Positions 1 through 7,951 of a DNA stretch of 43,454 bases are shown piece after piece. The stretch's first letter is position 1, and the number at the start of each line of letters is the position of its first letter. Source of the stretch: a virus (lineage: Duplodnaviria; Heunggongvirae; Uroviricota; Caudoviricetes); the IMG/VR virus record IMGVR_UViG_3300031760_000016, positions 1 to 43,454 of that record. One strand, given 5' to 3'. Below the pieces are notes generated by a model. That model saw only the letters and a list, made by a program, of their open reading frames with translations. It was not told the DNA's origin and ran no database searches. The translations under genes and the position numbers were made by a program.

Positions 1-2
1 TG

Positions 3-1244
3 AGTTTGATCAGGGACTATGAGGTCAAGCTGGACGAGTCGGACGGGTATGGGCTGATGCTTCCGTCTTTGGCAACGCGGTGGTCTGAGGAGTTGAAGCT
101 CGGGTACACCATGGGGCATGCGTGCTGTCGCTGTGCTTTTACGAAGGGCATGCTCTTTGCGTTTGACTTCATAGAGTTCGCTGAGAAGGTGGCCGGCAAT
201 TACATCGTCCATGACGCGTGGGGCAATGAAGTGGATGTTCGTGACGTGGAGGTGGTTCTCACTACGTCCATGCTCAAGCTTTGGAACAGCTACGACAGCA
301 TTGACCACTATTTACGGTGTTGCCAGGAAAACGAATATATGTTCGGCTTGACCAAGGTGGCACCTGAGAAGCTGGAAAACAGGCGTGCTTTGAACTATCA
401 GTTCATTCAGAGCTATCGTCTGACAGACGAGCAGATTGACGAATTGATCGGCCCCACGATCGACGAGATCCGTGACATTATCGCTGGTGATTATCGTAAA
501 GCCTTGCTGTATCTGGCAGGGACAAGCCTGGACGAAGACAACGTTCTGTCGTCCAGTGACTACAATCTGGCGATGATGATTGAACCAACACTGTACAATG
601 ACCCGTATATCCGCCGTAAGATTTGTCACACGATAAACAAGCGGATCGACGATGCGAAGATCGGCGTTATTGACGTTCACGGTAATTACTCGATGGTGTG
701 CGGTGATCCGTATGCGCTCTGTCAGTCGGTGTTTGGGCTGCCTGTGACCGGCTTGCTGAAGGCTGGAGAGATCTACAACAGGTATTGGGACGATGATGGC
801 GCGGAGGCATTGGCGTGCTTCCGCGCACCGATGAGCACGCACTCCAATATTAGGAAGCTGCGTGTTGCCAGAAACGATGAGGTGCGTCACTGGTATCAGT
901 ACATAACGACCGGGACAATGTTCAACGCGTGGGACTCGTGCTGTGCCGCGCTCAATGGAATGGATAAAGATGGCGACCTGGTGATGCTCACTGACAACAG
1001 GGTGTTGGTGGAGAACATCAGGCCGGTGCCCACGCTGTTCTGTGTGCAGCGTGCGGCAGAGAAGCACATAATCACAGAGGAACTGTTGCTGCGCTCCAAC
1101 ATTGCCAGCTTTGGCAACGATGTAGGCCGTGTGACCAACTGGGTGACGAGTATGTACGACGTTCAGTCGAGGTTTGAGCCCGGGTCGCAGGAGTTCGAAG
1201 AGTTGGAGTACAGGATTCAGTGCGGCCAACTTTATCAACAGAAT
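3..1244 (+). CDS. yonO: YonO-like single-subunit RNA polymerase, exon 1 (5'-truncated by window edge)
   Basis: Frame is open from the window start. Metal-binding DxDGD motif (NGMDKDGD, 963-977) is preceded by FRAPM, as in RdRP-like double-psi-barrel polymerases. It lies upstream of an SPbeta-like late gene cluster and ends at the intron 5' splice site (…QQN). Confidence 0.85.
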
Positions 1245-2288
1245 AATTAGCTTTATCTAACTGTTCTCGTTCCGAGTAATCGGTTCGCAAAAACACCTAT
1301 TGAATTGCCGGGACACCCCAAGAGCCATATGCGCTACAACGTGGCCATGAAATGGGCGAGCGTGAAAGCGGCGAAAGCAGAAAGAAGCATATGGATGGCA
1401 TACGGTTAAATCCTAAGTGCTGATAAACGGGCAATCGGCAGCCAAGCCTTGAACAGAGGAAGGTTCAACGACTATCCCGCAAGGGAGTACGCTGCAAGCG
1501 ATTGGCAGCGGAAGTGGTAGGCATCCGTATGGGTGAAGATATAGTCTGATCTCTGCCGAACAGGCAGAGGAGCATTATGCTCGCGATGGGGGTAGCGCCC
1601 TACATATATTGCAGTACATGGATTGTAAATGGGTGAGGTGGTTTTATACGGAAGATTTGACAGGTCGCAGATTTGGTCGATGGACAGTGATTAGTCGCGC
1701 AACGGAAATAACAAGACGTCCTGTGTGGAATTGTAAGTGCGATTGTGGCACAGAAAAGAAGGTACGCGGTAGCACCTTAATAAGTGGCGAGTCACAGTCG
1801 TGTGGTTGTCTTCAAAAGGAACAAGTGGGGGACAGGGCGAGAAAACATGGTGGCTTTGGCACGCGGCTATATGCCATACGGAACAGTATGAGGCAGAGAT
1901 GTAACAATCCAAATCATCATGCTTATTCCAATTACGGTGGTCGCGGGATCACGATTTGTGCAGAGTGGGAGGATTATGCCGCATTTAAAGAGTGGGCGAT
2001 TGGTGCCGGCTATGATGAGGATGCGGCTCGCGGTGAATACACACTTGATCGCATTGATGTCGATAAGGGGTATTCGCCAGATAACTGCAGATTCGTTGAT
2101 ATGAGGCAGCAAGCCAATAACCGTCGCGTGACGATAGTCGTAGAACACAATGGAGAAAAACATCCGTTGACTGAGTGGGCTCAGATTCTGGGTGTTGAAT
2201 ATACCACATTGTGGAGGCACTACAAACAAGGTACTTCTGTACTTAATTAAAGTGATAATACTGCAATATAGTATCGTAAACACATGTG
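1245..2288 (+). mobile_element. Group I intron (1044 nt) in the RNA polymerase gene
   Basis: Core motifs present: GAATTGCCGG (1302), GGCAATCGGCAGCC, CAACGACTA (1466-1474), AAGATATAGTC (1536-1546). P7 pairs GACTA/TAGTC. P1 has U1244·G1263 flanked by AGAA/TTCT. Terminal G is 2288. P10 pairs TTTATCTA (1252-1259) with exon TAGATAAA (2293-2300). Splicing gives in-frame QQN|TIDKTKG. Confidence 0.92.
1648..2250 (+). CDS. Intron-encoded HNH-type homing endonuclease (start uncertain: SD-backed ACG 1648, or upstream TTG 1609 / ATG 1618)
   Basis: DLTGRRFGRWTV..WNCKCDCG..SCGC N-terminus, YGGRGITIC, TLDRIDVDKGYSPDNCRF motif. The ORF lies downstream of P7/P9 inside the intron. Confidence 0.85.
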   Translation, partial: TEDLTGRRFGRWTVISRATEITRRPVWNCKCDCGTEKKVRGSTLISGESQSCGCLQKEQVGDRARKHGGFGTRLYAIRNSMRQRCNNPNHHAYSNYGGRGITICAEWEDYAAFKEWAIGAGYDEDAARGEYTLDRIDVDKGYSPDNCRFVDMRQQANNRRVTIVVEHNGEKHPLTEWAQILGVEYTTLWRHYKQGTSVLN

Positions 2289-3137
2289 ACTATAGATAAA
2301 ACCAAGGGAATCATCGCCAAGCCCATGCCCAGATGCTGGCATGACAGGATGGCTTTGCATCGCCCGGACAGTGACGACCCGGAAGAGCTGGCACGGTGGG
2401 AATTGAACTGCCGCATTGTAGCGGACAAGAAGCCGTACTTCATGCGGTACATCTACCCGCAGCTCATGAGGGATTACAACAATTACATAAACACCGCGAA
2501 CGAAAAGGCGTTGAGCGAGCACCGGCTGTCAATTGACGAGATGCTGGCCATGCCGCCTGATGAACTGACCGAGGAACAGCGCACGTGTCTCCGCTATTAC
2601 CAGGCGAAGATGCCGGTGGGGAATCACGACTGTGTGATGAACAGGATCTGCCGCAAGGTGGAGGCTGCGTTTGGTAACGGCATTGCGGAGCCTGATGAGC
2701 CGTTTGACTACACGGTCATGCGGAGTAACATTGGCTATTCGTCCTACACCTATTACGCGGTTGAGCGTTTGTTCAAGCAGTACCTTCAGAAATTGAAGAG
2801 GTTTGCGATGGACAAGAACAACATTGTATCCACGCAGGATGAACCGGTGGATTACCGCGCATCGCTGCTCGCGTTCTTTGTGCGTGAGGTGGCGCTGGTT
2901 TGTAACAACAGTTTCCAGATGGCTGACATCATCCTGGATCTGGCGTACCGGCGTAATGGCACCAAGCAGTTCGCCTGGGATATGGTTTCGCATGAGATCA
3001 TTTATAACCTGCTCATGAGTCGCGGGTGCAAATTGTCCTTTCCGCGTGCTGACCCGGATGGCGACATTGAATTTATGGGTGAGCGGTATTCGATGACGCA
3101 AATGGAGGTGGACGCTGATGGATATTATTCTGAATGA
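2289..3137 (+). CDS. yonO: YonO-like RNA polymerase, exon 2 (282 aa)
   Basis: Continues the frame of exon 1 after intron removal. No SD precedes the GTG at 2286, which is formed by the last three intron bases. Confidence 0.82.
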   Translation, partial: TIDKTKGIIAKPMPRCWHDRMALHRPDSDDPEELARWELNCRIVADKKPYFMRYIYPQLMRDYNNYINTANEKALSEHRLSIDEMLAMPPDELTEEQRTCLRYYQAKMPVGNHDCVMNRICRKVEAAFGNGIAEPDEPFDYTVMRSNIGYSSYTYYAVERLFKQYLQKLKRFAMDKNNIVSTQDEPVDYRASLLAFFVREVALVCNNSFQMADIILDLAYRRNGTKQFAWDMVSHEIIYNLLMSRGCKLSFPRADPDGDIEFMGERYSMTQMEVDADGYYSE

Positions 3138-3864
3138 GCGCAACTGGATGAATGAAGCGCTTGAGACGCTCTCGCTCGGAAAGAATCCGTACGAGACGAT
3201 TGGGCGGTATGCGCGTGTGATGCACGCGGACGGTGTGCCGAAGGACGTGATGGAGCGAAGGATCGAGGAGTTCCTGCTTCGCTGTGACTCACGGGTAAAC
3301 CTGGTCATATGGCAGGATGCCATCAAGAGGGCTATTGCCAGAGCCGGCAAGTACCCCATCGCTGAGGTCGATGGGGTATGGCTCACCGAGGGCGAGCTCA
3401 ACACGATCAGCAAGATTGAGAGCAAGATGCAGCGCAAACTGCTATTCACCCTGGTGTGTCTGGCAAAGTTCAAGATGGCGGTCAATCCGGACGCCGCGGG
3501 CTGGGTGAACTACGGCTACAAGGATATATGTAACCTTGCAAACATAACGATCAGTTCGAAGCGACGTGCGCTGCTGATCAACGACCTGTACCGGGCGGGG
3601 TATATTTCACTGAGCAAGCGGATCGACAACACAAGTATACATATTGACATTCTTGACGACAGTACGACCAACAGCCTGTTTGTGTCGGATTTCCGCAATC
3701 TTGGCAACCGTTATCTGATGCACTGCGGCGAGAAGTTCTTTGAGTGCCAGTCGTGCGGCATTGTCATCCACCGTACAGCCAATCATCAGACGTTCTGCAG
3801 GCAGTGTGCCGAGGACAGACACAGGCAATTGGCGAACGAGCAATACAAGCGGTCAATTGCGTAA
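3118..3864 (+). CDS. Uncharacterised 248-aa protein, probable winged-helix plus C-terminal Zn ribbon
   Basis: SD GGAGGTG upstream, and it overlaps the RNAP stop. Contains a helix-turn-helix/wing-like segment (YKDICNLANITISSKRRALLINDLYRAGYISL) and CQSC…CRQC. Confidence 0.7.
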   Translation: MDIILNERNWMNEALETLSLGKNPYETIGRYARVMHADGVPKDVMERRIEEFLLRCDSRVNLVIWQDAIKRAIARAGKYPIAEVDGVWLTEGELNTISKIESKMQRKLLFTLVCLAKFKMAVNPDAAGWVNYGYKDICNLANITISSKRRALLINDLYRAGYISLSKRIDNTSIHIDILDDSTTNSLFVSDFRNLGNRYLMHCGEKFFECQSCGIVIHRTANHQTFCRQCAEDRHRQLANEQYKRSIA

Positions 3865-3884
3865 TTTCAAAATTCTGCGTTTTG

Positions 3885-3985
3885 AGCACCTCCGAAAGCA
3901 CCGATACCTCCGAGGTTTCAAGGGGGCTGTCAGATTTCTTAATTATGGATAGAAAAGATGATAAAGTGGTGCATTTGGAGGTGTT
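3885..3985 (+). promoter_or_regulatory. Holin leader with anti-Shine-Dalgarno helix
   Basis: AGCACCTCCGAA (3885-3896) can form 12 contiguous pairs (2 G·U) with TTTGGAGGTGTT (3974-3985), which contains the holin SD. A second anti-SD copy, TACCTCCGA, lies at 3905-3913. Confidence 0.5.
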
Positions 3986-3989
3986 GTAC

Positions 3990-4187
3990 ATGACTGATTT
4001 TAAGCGTTGGTTTTCCGCAGCCGGTGTTCGTGCACTGAAGACGTTTGCTCAGAGTGCTGTTGCCGCCATTGGCACGACTGCTACTCTCGGTGGTGTTGAC
4101 TGGAGGCTTGTGGCTTCTACGGCTGCACTGGCTGCTATCCTGTCCCTGCTCACGAGCGTCGCCGGACTGCCTGAGCTGGAGAAATAA
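3990..4187 (+). CDS. Holin, phage r1t-like family (65 aa)
   Basis: SD GGAGGTG then ATG 3990. W..AAGVRALKTFAQ…VDW..V.S…L.S.LTS.AGLPE pattern with two hydrophobic segments. Confidence 0.85.
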   Translation: MTDFKRWFSAAGVRALKTFAQSAVAAIGTTATLGGVDWRLVASTAALAAILSLLTSVAGLPELEK

Positions 4188-4215
4188 GTACTTGTAGAAT
4201 GAAAGGATGATTGAC

Positions 4216-4371
4216 TTGATTCAGGTTTCCAAAGAAGAAATGAAGAAGCTGCGCGAGCGTTTCCCGCATATCCGTGCTACGCGCACTGTACATAAGTACT
4301 ACGTCGATGAGACCACCAAGGTGATGAATTTCCTGAAGAACGGCTGTGGCATGGAGCGCAAGAATGCTTGA
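4216..4371 (+). CDS. Small hypothetical protein (51 aa, LIQVSKEEMKKLRERFP…), absent from the ORF track
   Basis: SD GAAAGGA, TTG start; its TGA stop overlaps the start region of the next gene. Confidence 0.65.
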   Translation: MIQVSKEEMKKLRERFPHIRATRTVHKYYVDETTKVMNFLKNGCGMERKNA

Positions 4372-5554
4372 ACGCATGCCTGAAGAGACCGCCCTTCAAC
4401 ATCATAGGCGGTTGATCAGCGGGAAACTTATCGACGGTACACTGTCCGATATGGACTACTCTGAACTCGCTCCCTATGTCTACGGTAAGGAATACTCCGC
4501 GGATGTTGCCAGACGCATGATGTACGGATCTGCCCGTACCCTGCAGCTGGTAGACGCGGAGCGCGAGGAGTCTATTGAGGACACCGCTATCCTCAGCGAG
4601 CTTGAGCTCAAGAAGATCGAGCTGCGCAAGGAGCAGCAGAAGTTCTTTGATCAGCGCAACGCCTTCAATAAGCTGGTGCGTGATCAGGCCAGAGACGATG
4701 AACTCAAAGAGATCCTTGAACGGGCTGTTGCCTCGGGCAGCATGCCCGTTCTTGATTATACGCCGCATACGGTTGAGGCCACCGGCACGAGTTTGCTGGT
4801 CAGCCTCAACGACATCCACTATGGCGCTCAGTATGACAACTACTGGGGCAAGTATGATTCGGATGTATGCAAACGTATGTTCGGTTTGTATTTGGAGCGC
4901 ATCATTGAGATCGCTCAGACCCACAAAGCGGAGGACTGCTATGTGACCTGTAACGGCGATGCTATCAGCGGCGTGATCCACGCCAGCATTCGCCTGACCA
5001 ACAAGGAGAATGTGATCGAGCAGGTGACCGGAGTGTCAGAACTGATCGCACAGTTCCTTGCCAAGCTGAGTGCTTACTTTGGCAACGTGTATTTCACAAG
5101 CGTCGCCGGCAATCACTCCAGGCTTGATAAGAAGGATGACGCGGTGCTGCAGGAGCGGCTTGATGATTTGGTCGAGTGGTATTTGAAGGCGCGTATGGCG
5201 GCCTTTGAGAACGTGCATGTTGGCTACGGCAATAAGGTTGACTGCACGATGTACCTGCTGGACATCTATGGCAAGAACTACCTGGGCGTACATGGCGATT
5301 TTGAGGCCAGCGTGGGCGGTGTGACCAATCTGCAGGCAATGGTTGGTGTGCCGCTGTACGCCGTCCTGATGGGACACAGGCATCACAACAGCACAGATGT
5401 CGTGCAGGGGATACGCGTCGTTCAGAGCGGCAGCTTCCTTGGCACAGACAACTACTGCATAAGCAAACGTTTGTTCGGTATACCAGAACAGATCGTTTGC
5501 GTGGTTGACAACAAGGGTATACGCTGCCACTACGACGTTGAGTTGAAGCTGTGA
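4364..5554 (+). CDS. Calcineurin-like metallophosphoesterase (SPbeta YonJ-like) with N-terminal coiled coil
   Basis: Motifs DIHYG, NGD, GNH, HGD, GHRHH in the canonical order. Confidence 0.85.
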   Translation: MLERMPEETALQHHRRLISGKLIDGTLSDMDYSELAPYVYGKEYSADVARRMMYGSARTLQLVDAEREESIEDTAILSELELKKIELRKEQQKFFDQRNAFNKLVRDQARDDELKEILERAVASGSMPVLDYTPHTVEATGTSLLVSLNDIHYGAQYDNYWGKYDSDVCKRMFGLYLERIIEIAQTHKAEDCYVTCNGDAISGVIHASIRLTNKENVIEQVTGVSELIAQFLAKLSAYFGNVYFTSVAGNHSRLDKKDDAVLQERLDDLVEWYLKARMAAFENVHVGYGNKVDCTMYLLDIYGKNYLGVHGDFEASVGGVTNLQAMVGVPLYAVLMGHRHHNSTDVVQGIRVVQSGSFLGTDNYCISKRLFGIPEQIVCVVDNKGIRCHYDVELKL

Positions 5555-5565
5555 GGAGGTGATGG

Positions 5566-6585
5566 TTGGTGGCGCGAAAGACGAACAGGATTGTCATTAC
5601 AAGTCCGGAGAAGCTGGAGCAGGTGAATTCCGCGAACATGCGGCTGAAGAAGGACTTCTTGCAATACTTGAAATCGGTGAAGCGTTCGCCGGGGACCATT
5701 GCCGGTTATGACAGCGATCTTAACATAATCTTTACATACATACTTGACGAATTGGGCAATAAGGATTTCGCGAAATTGTCCAAGCGCGACATCATCAGTT
5801 TCCAGAACTGGCTGGTGGACAACGGTATATCCAGTGCGAGGATCCGCAGGCTGAAGAGTGCTATCAGCAGTTTGTCTAACTACATAGAAGCTGTTCTTGA
5901 CGACGACCCGGACTTTGCGGGCTACCGCTCCATCGTCCGTAAGATAGAGAATCCGCCGCTCGTGCCTGTGCGCGAGAAGACGGTTTGGACGGATGAGGAG
6001 TTGCAGCACCTGCTGGACGTGCTGACCGAGGAGGGCAAGTATGACCGTGCCTGTCTGGCAGCCTTGGCAATGTATGGCGGCCGGCGCAAGGCCGAACTGT
6101 GCCGTTTCAAGGTGAGCGATTTTGACGAGAAGCACGTGACCTGCAATGGTGCGTTGTACAAGAGTGACCCTATTTTGACGAAGGGCGACAAGTATTTGGA
6201 GTGCTTCACGCTGAAGAAGAAGTTTGATCCGTATCTGGAGCGCTGGATAGCTTACCGCAAGGAAAATGGTATTGAGAGCATATGGCTGTTTCCAAAGGCG
6301 GGAGAGCCAGAGGAGCATATTCAGGCATCGACGATCAGCAGCTGGGCTGACAGCTTCTCCGCCATTACTGGTAAGGACTGGTACGCGCATTCACTGCGGC
6401 ACTTCTTTGTGTCGGCGCTGTCAAGGGCTGGAATCCCAGACGGGATCGTCGTAGAGATCATGGGCTGGAGTTCGTCTGAAATGTTCAAGGTCTACAACGA
6501 CAACCCAAAGGACGACAGGATTGCCATGTATTTCAAGGACGGAGAGATTGATACGTCCAACACGCGGTCAATTGACCAAATATAA
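5566..6585 (+). CDS. Tyrosine recombinase (XerC/D-like)
   Basis: N-terminal SAM-like domain, GGRRKAEL (catalytic R), HSLRH, MGW, and Tyr in FKVY. Confidence 0.9.
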   Translation: MVARKTNRIVITSPEKLEQVNSANMRLKKDFLQYLKSVKRSPGTIAGYDSDLNIIFTYILDELGNKDFAKLSKRDIISFQNWLVDNGISSARIRRLKSAISSLSNYIEAVLDDDPDFAGYRSIVRKIENPPLVPVREKTVWTDEELQHLLDVLTEEGKYDRACLAALAMYGGRRKAELCRFKVSDFDEKHVTCNGALYKSDPILTKGDKYLECFTLKKKFDPYLERWIAYRKENGIESIWLFPKAGEPEEHIQASTISSWADSFSAITGKDWYAHSLRHFFVSALSRAGIPDGIVVEIMGWSSSEMFKVYNDNPKDDRIAMYFKDGEIDTSNTRSIDQI

Positions 6586-6611
6586 GAGGTTAAAGGGAGA
6601 AAGGGAATAAT

Positions 6612-6902
6612 ATGCTGAAGAAAAATGAAATGATTGAGCGGCTCGCTCAGAAGGGCTATACGAAGAAGAACGCTGGTATAATCATGGACGACGTCATGAT
6701 GGTGATTATGGAGGCTCTGGTTGAAGGTGAGGAAGTAATGCTTCATGGCTTCGGCACATTCTCTGTCAAAGAGGTTGCGTCGCGTAGCATGGTTGACCTG
6801 CAGAGTAAGGAGCGCATTGTCATCCCGGGTCACAAGGCACCCAAGTTTGTTCCCGGTGAGCTGCTGAAGCGCTCTGTGCGTGAAGGATTTATCCGCACGT
6901 AA
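6612..6902 (+). CDS. hup: Histone-like DNA-binding protein HU
   Basis: L.GFGTF, IP..KAPKF.PG..LK..V signature, 96 aa. Confidence 0.92.
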   Translation: MLKKNEMIERLAQKGYTKKNAGIIMDDVMMVIMEALVEGEEVMLHGFGTFSVKEVASRSMVDLQSKERIVIPGHKAPKFVPGELLKRSVREGFIRT

Positions 6903-7951
6903 TGCCTAGAGTCAGTAAAGTCAAAAAGATAACTTCGCGGCCAGGTGATGTAAAGCCTGACCGCGAAATGCCAAGTGCGTTCTTTTGTTCGCGATGCGGG
7001 AAGAAGTACAAGAAGCAAGTGGGCAATTTCCCGGCATCGAAGAGCCCGCTCAATAAGGGCAATGGCTACTATATGACCATTTGCAACCATTGCCTTGAAG
7101 ACTTGTTTGACCACTACAAAGCGGCGCTCGGCGGCGACGAAAAGGCTGCCATGCGCCGCATATGTTTGAAGCTGGATATTTACTGGAACGAAGAGATCTA
7201 TGGCCTTGTCAGCCGGACGAACACTAGCGCCTCACGTATAAAGTCGTACATCAGCAGGACGAACCTGGTGAAGTTTACAGGGAAGACGTATGACGATACG
7301 CTGGACGAAGAGAGCATATATCTGCGCCCTGTTAGCATCGAGGAGATGCGTGCCGTCGAGGACGATGAGGACGCGAAGAACGCTGGTCTGCCGACTACAT
7401 CTATAGATGTTGAGACGGTGCTGTTTTGGGGAAGCGGCTTTACTGAGGATAATTATCACGAGCTCAATAACAGGTATGAGTATTGGACGCGTGACTTGCA
7501 GAAGCCTCTGCCCACTGTTGAGGAAGCGCTGTATAAGCAGGTCTGTCTGCAGGAGTTCGTCATCAACCGCAATATTGCTGCCGGCAAGAGTTCACCACAA
7601 GACCAGAAGGCTCTGAGTGAACTGTTGGGCAACTTGAACATCAAGCCTAGCCAGAAGGCCAAGGAGGATGAATCCGCAGAGTTTGAGGAAACGCCGATGG
7701 GCGTGTGGATCAAGCGCTGGGAGGATAAGCTGCCCGTCCCTGAGTATCACGAGAAGGCGGGGGAGAAGTCCCTTATCAAGTACATTACCACTTGGTTCTA
7801 CGGGCATACAGCCAAGTCGCTCGGCATCCGCAATATGTATTCGCAGGTGTATGAGGATGAGATTGAGCGGTACAGGGTGACGAAGCCGGAGTTCGAGGAA
7901 GAGAGCGATGATGACATCCTCGCCGATCTGGTTGGCGGTGATGAAGAGTGA
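6902..7951 (+). CDS. Conserved phage protein (YonG-like position) with N-terminal Cys4 motif; candidate terminase small subunit
   Basis: CSRC…CNHC. Coupled to HU (TAATG overlap) and to terminase (GTGA overlap). Confidence 0.6.
   Translation: MPRVSKVKKITSRPGDVKPDREMPSAFFCSRCGKKYKKQVGNFPASKSPLNKGNGYYMTICNHCLEDLFDHYKAALGGDEKAAMRRICLKLDIYWNEEIYGLVSRTNTSASRIKSYISRTNLVKFTGKTYDDTLDEESIYLRPVSIEEMRAVEDDEDAKNAGLPTTSIDVETVLFWGSGFTEDNYHELNNRYEYWTRDLQKPLPTVEEALYKQVCLQEFVINRNIAAGKSSPQDQKALSELLGNLNIKPSQKAKEDESAEFEETPMGVWIKRWEDKLPVPEYHEKAGEKSLIKYITTWFYGHTAKSLGIRNMYSQVYEDEIERYRVTKPEFEEESDDDILADLVGGDEE

Noticed and set aside
5566-6585. Recombinase as the prophage integrase marking an att boundary
   Set aside because: It is flanked on both sides by co-oriented phage genes with no host sequence or repressor module.
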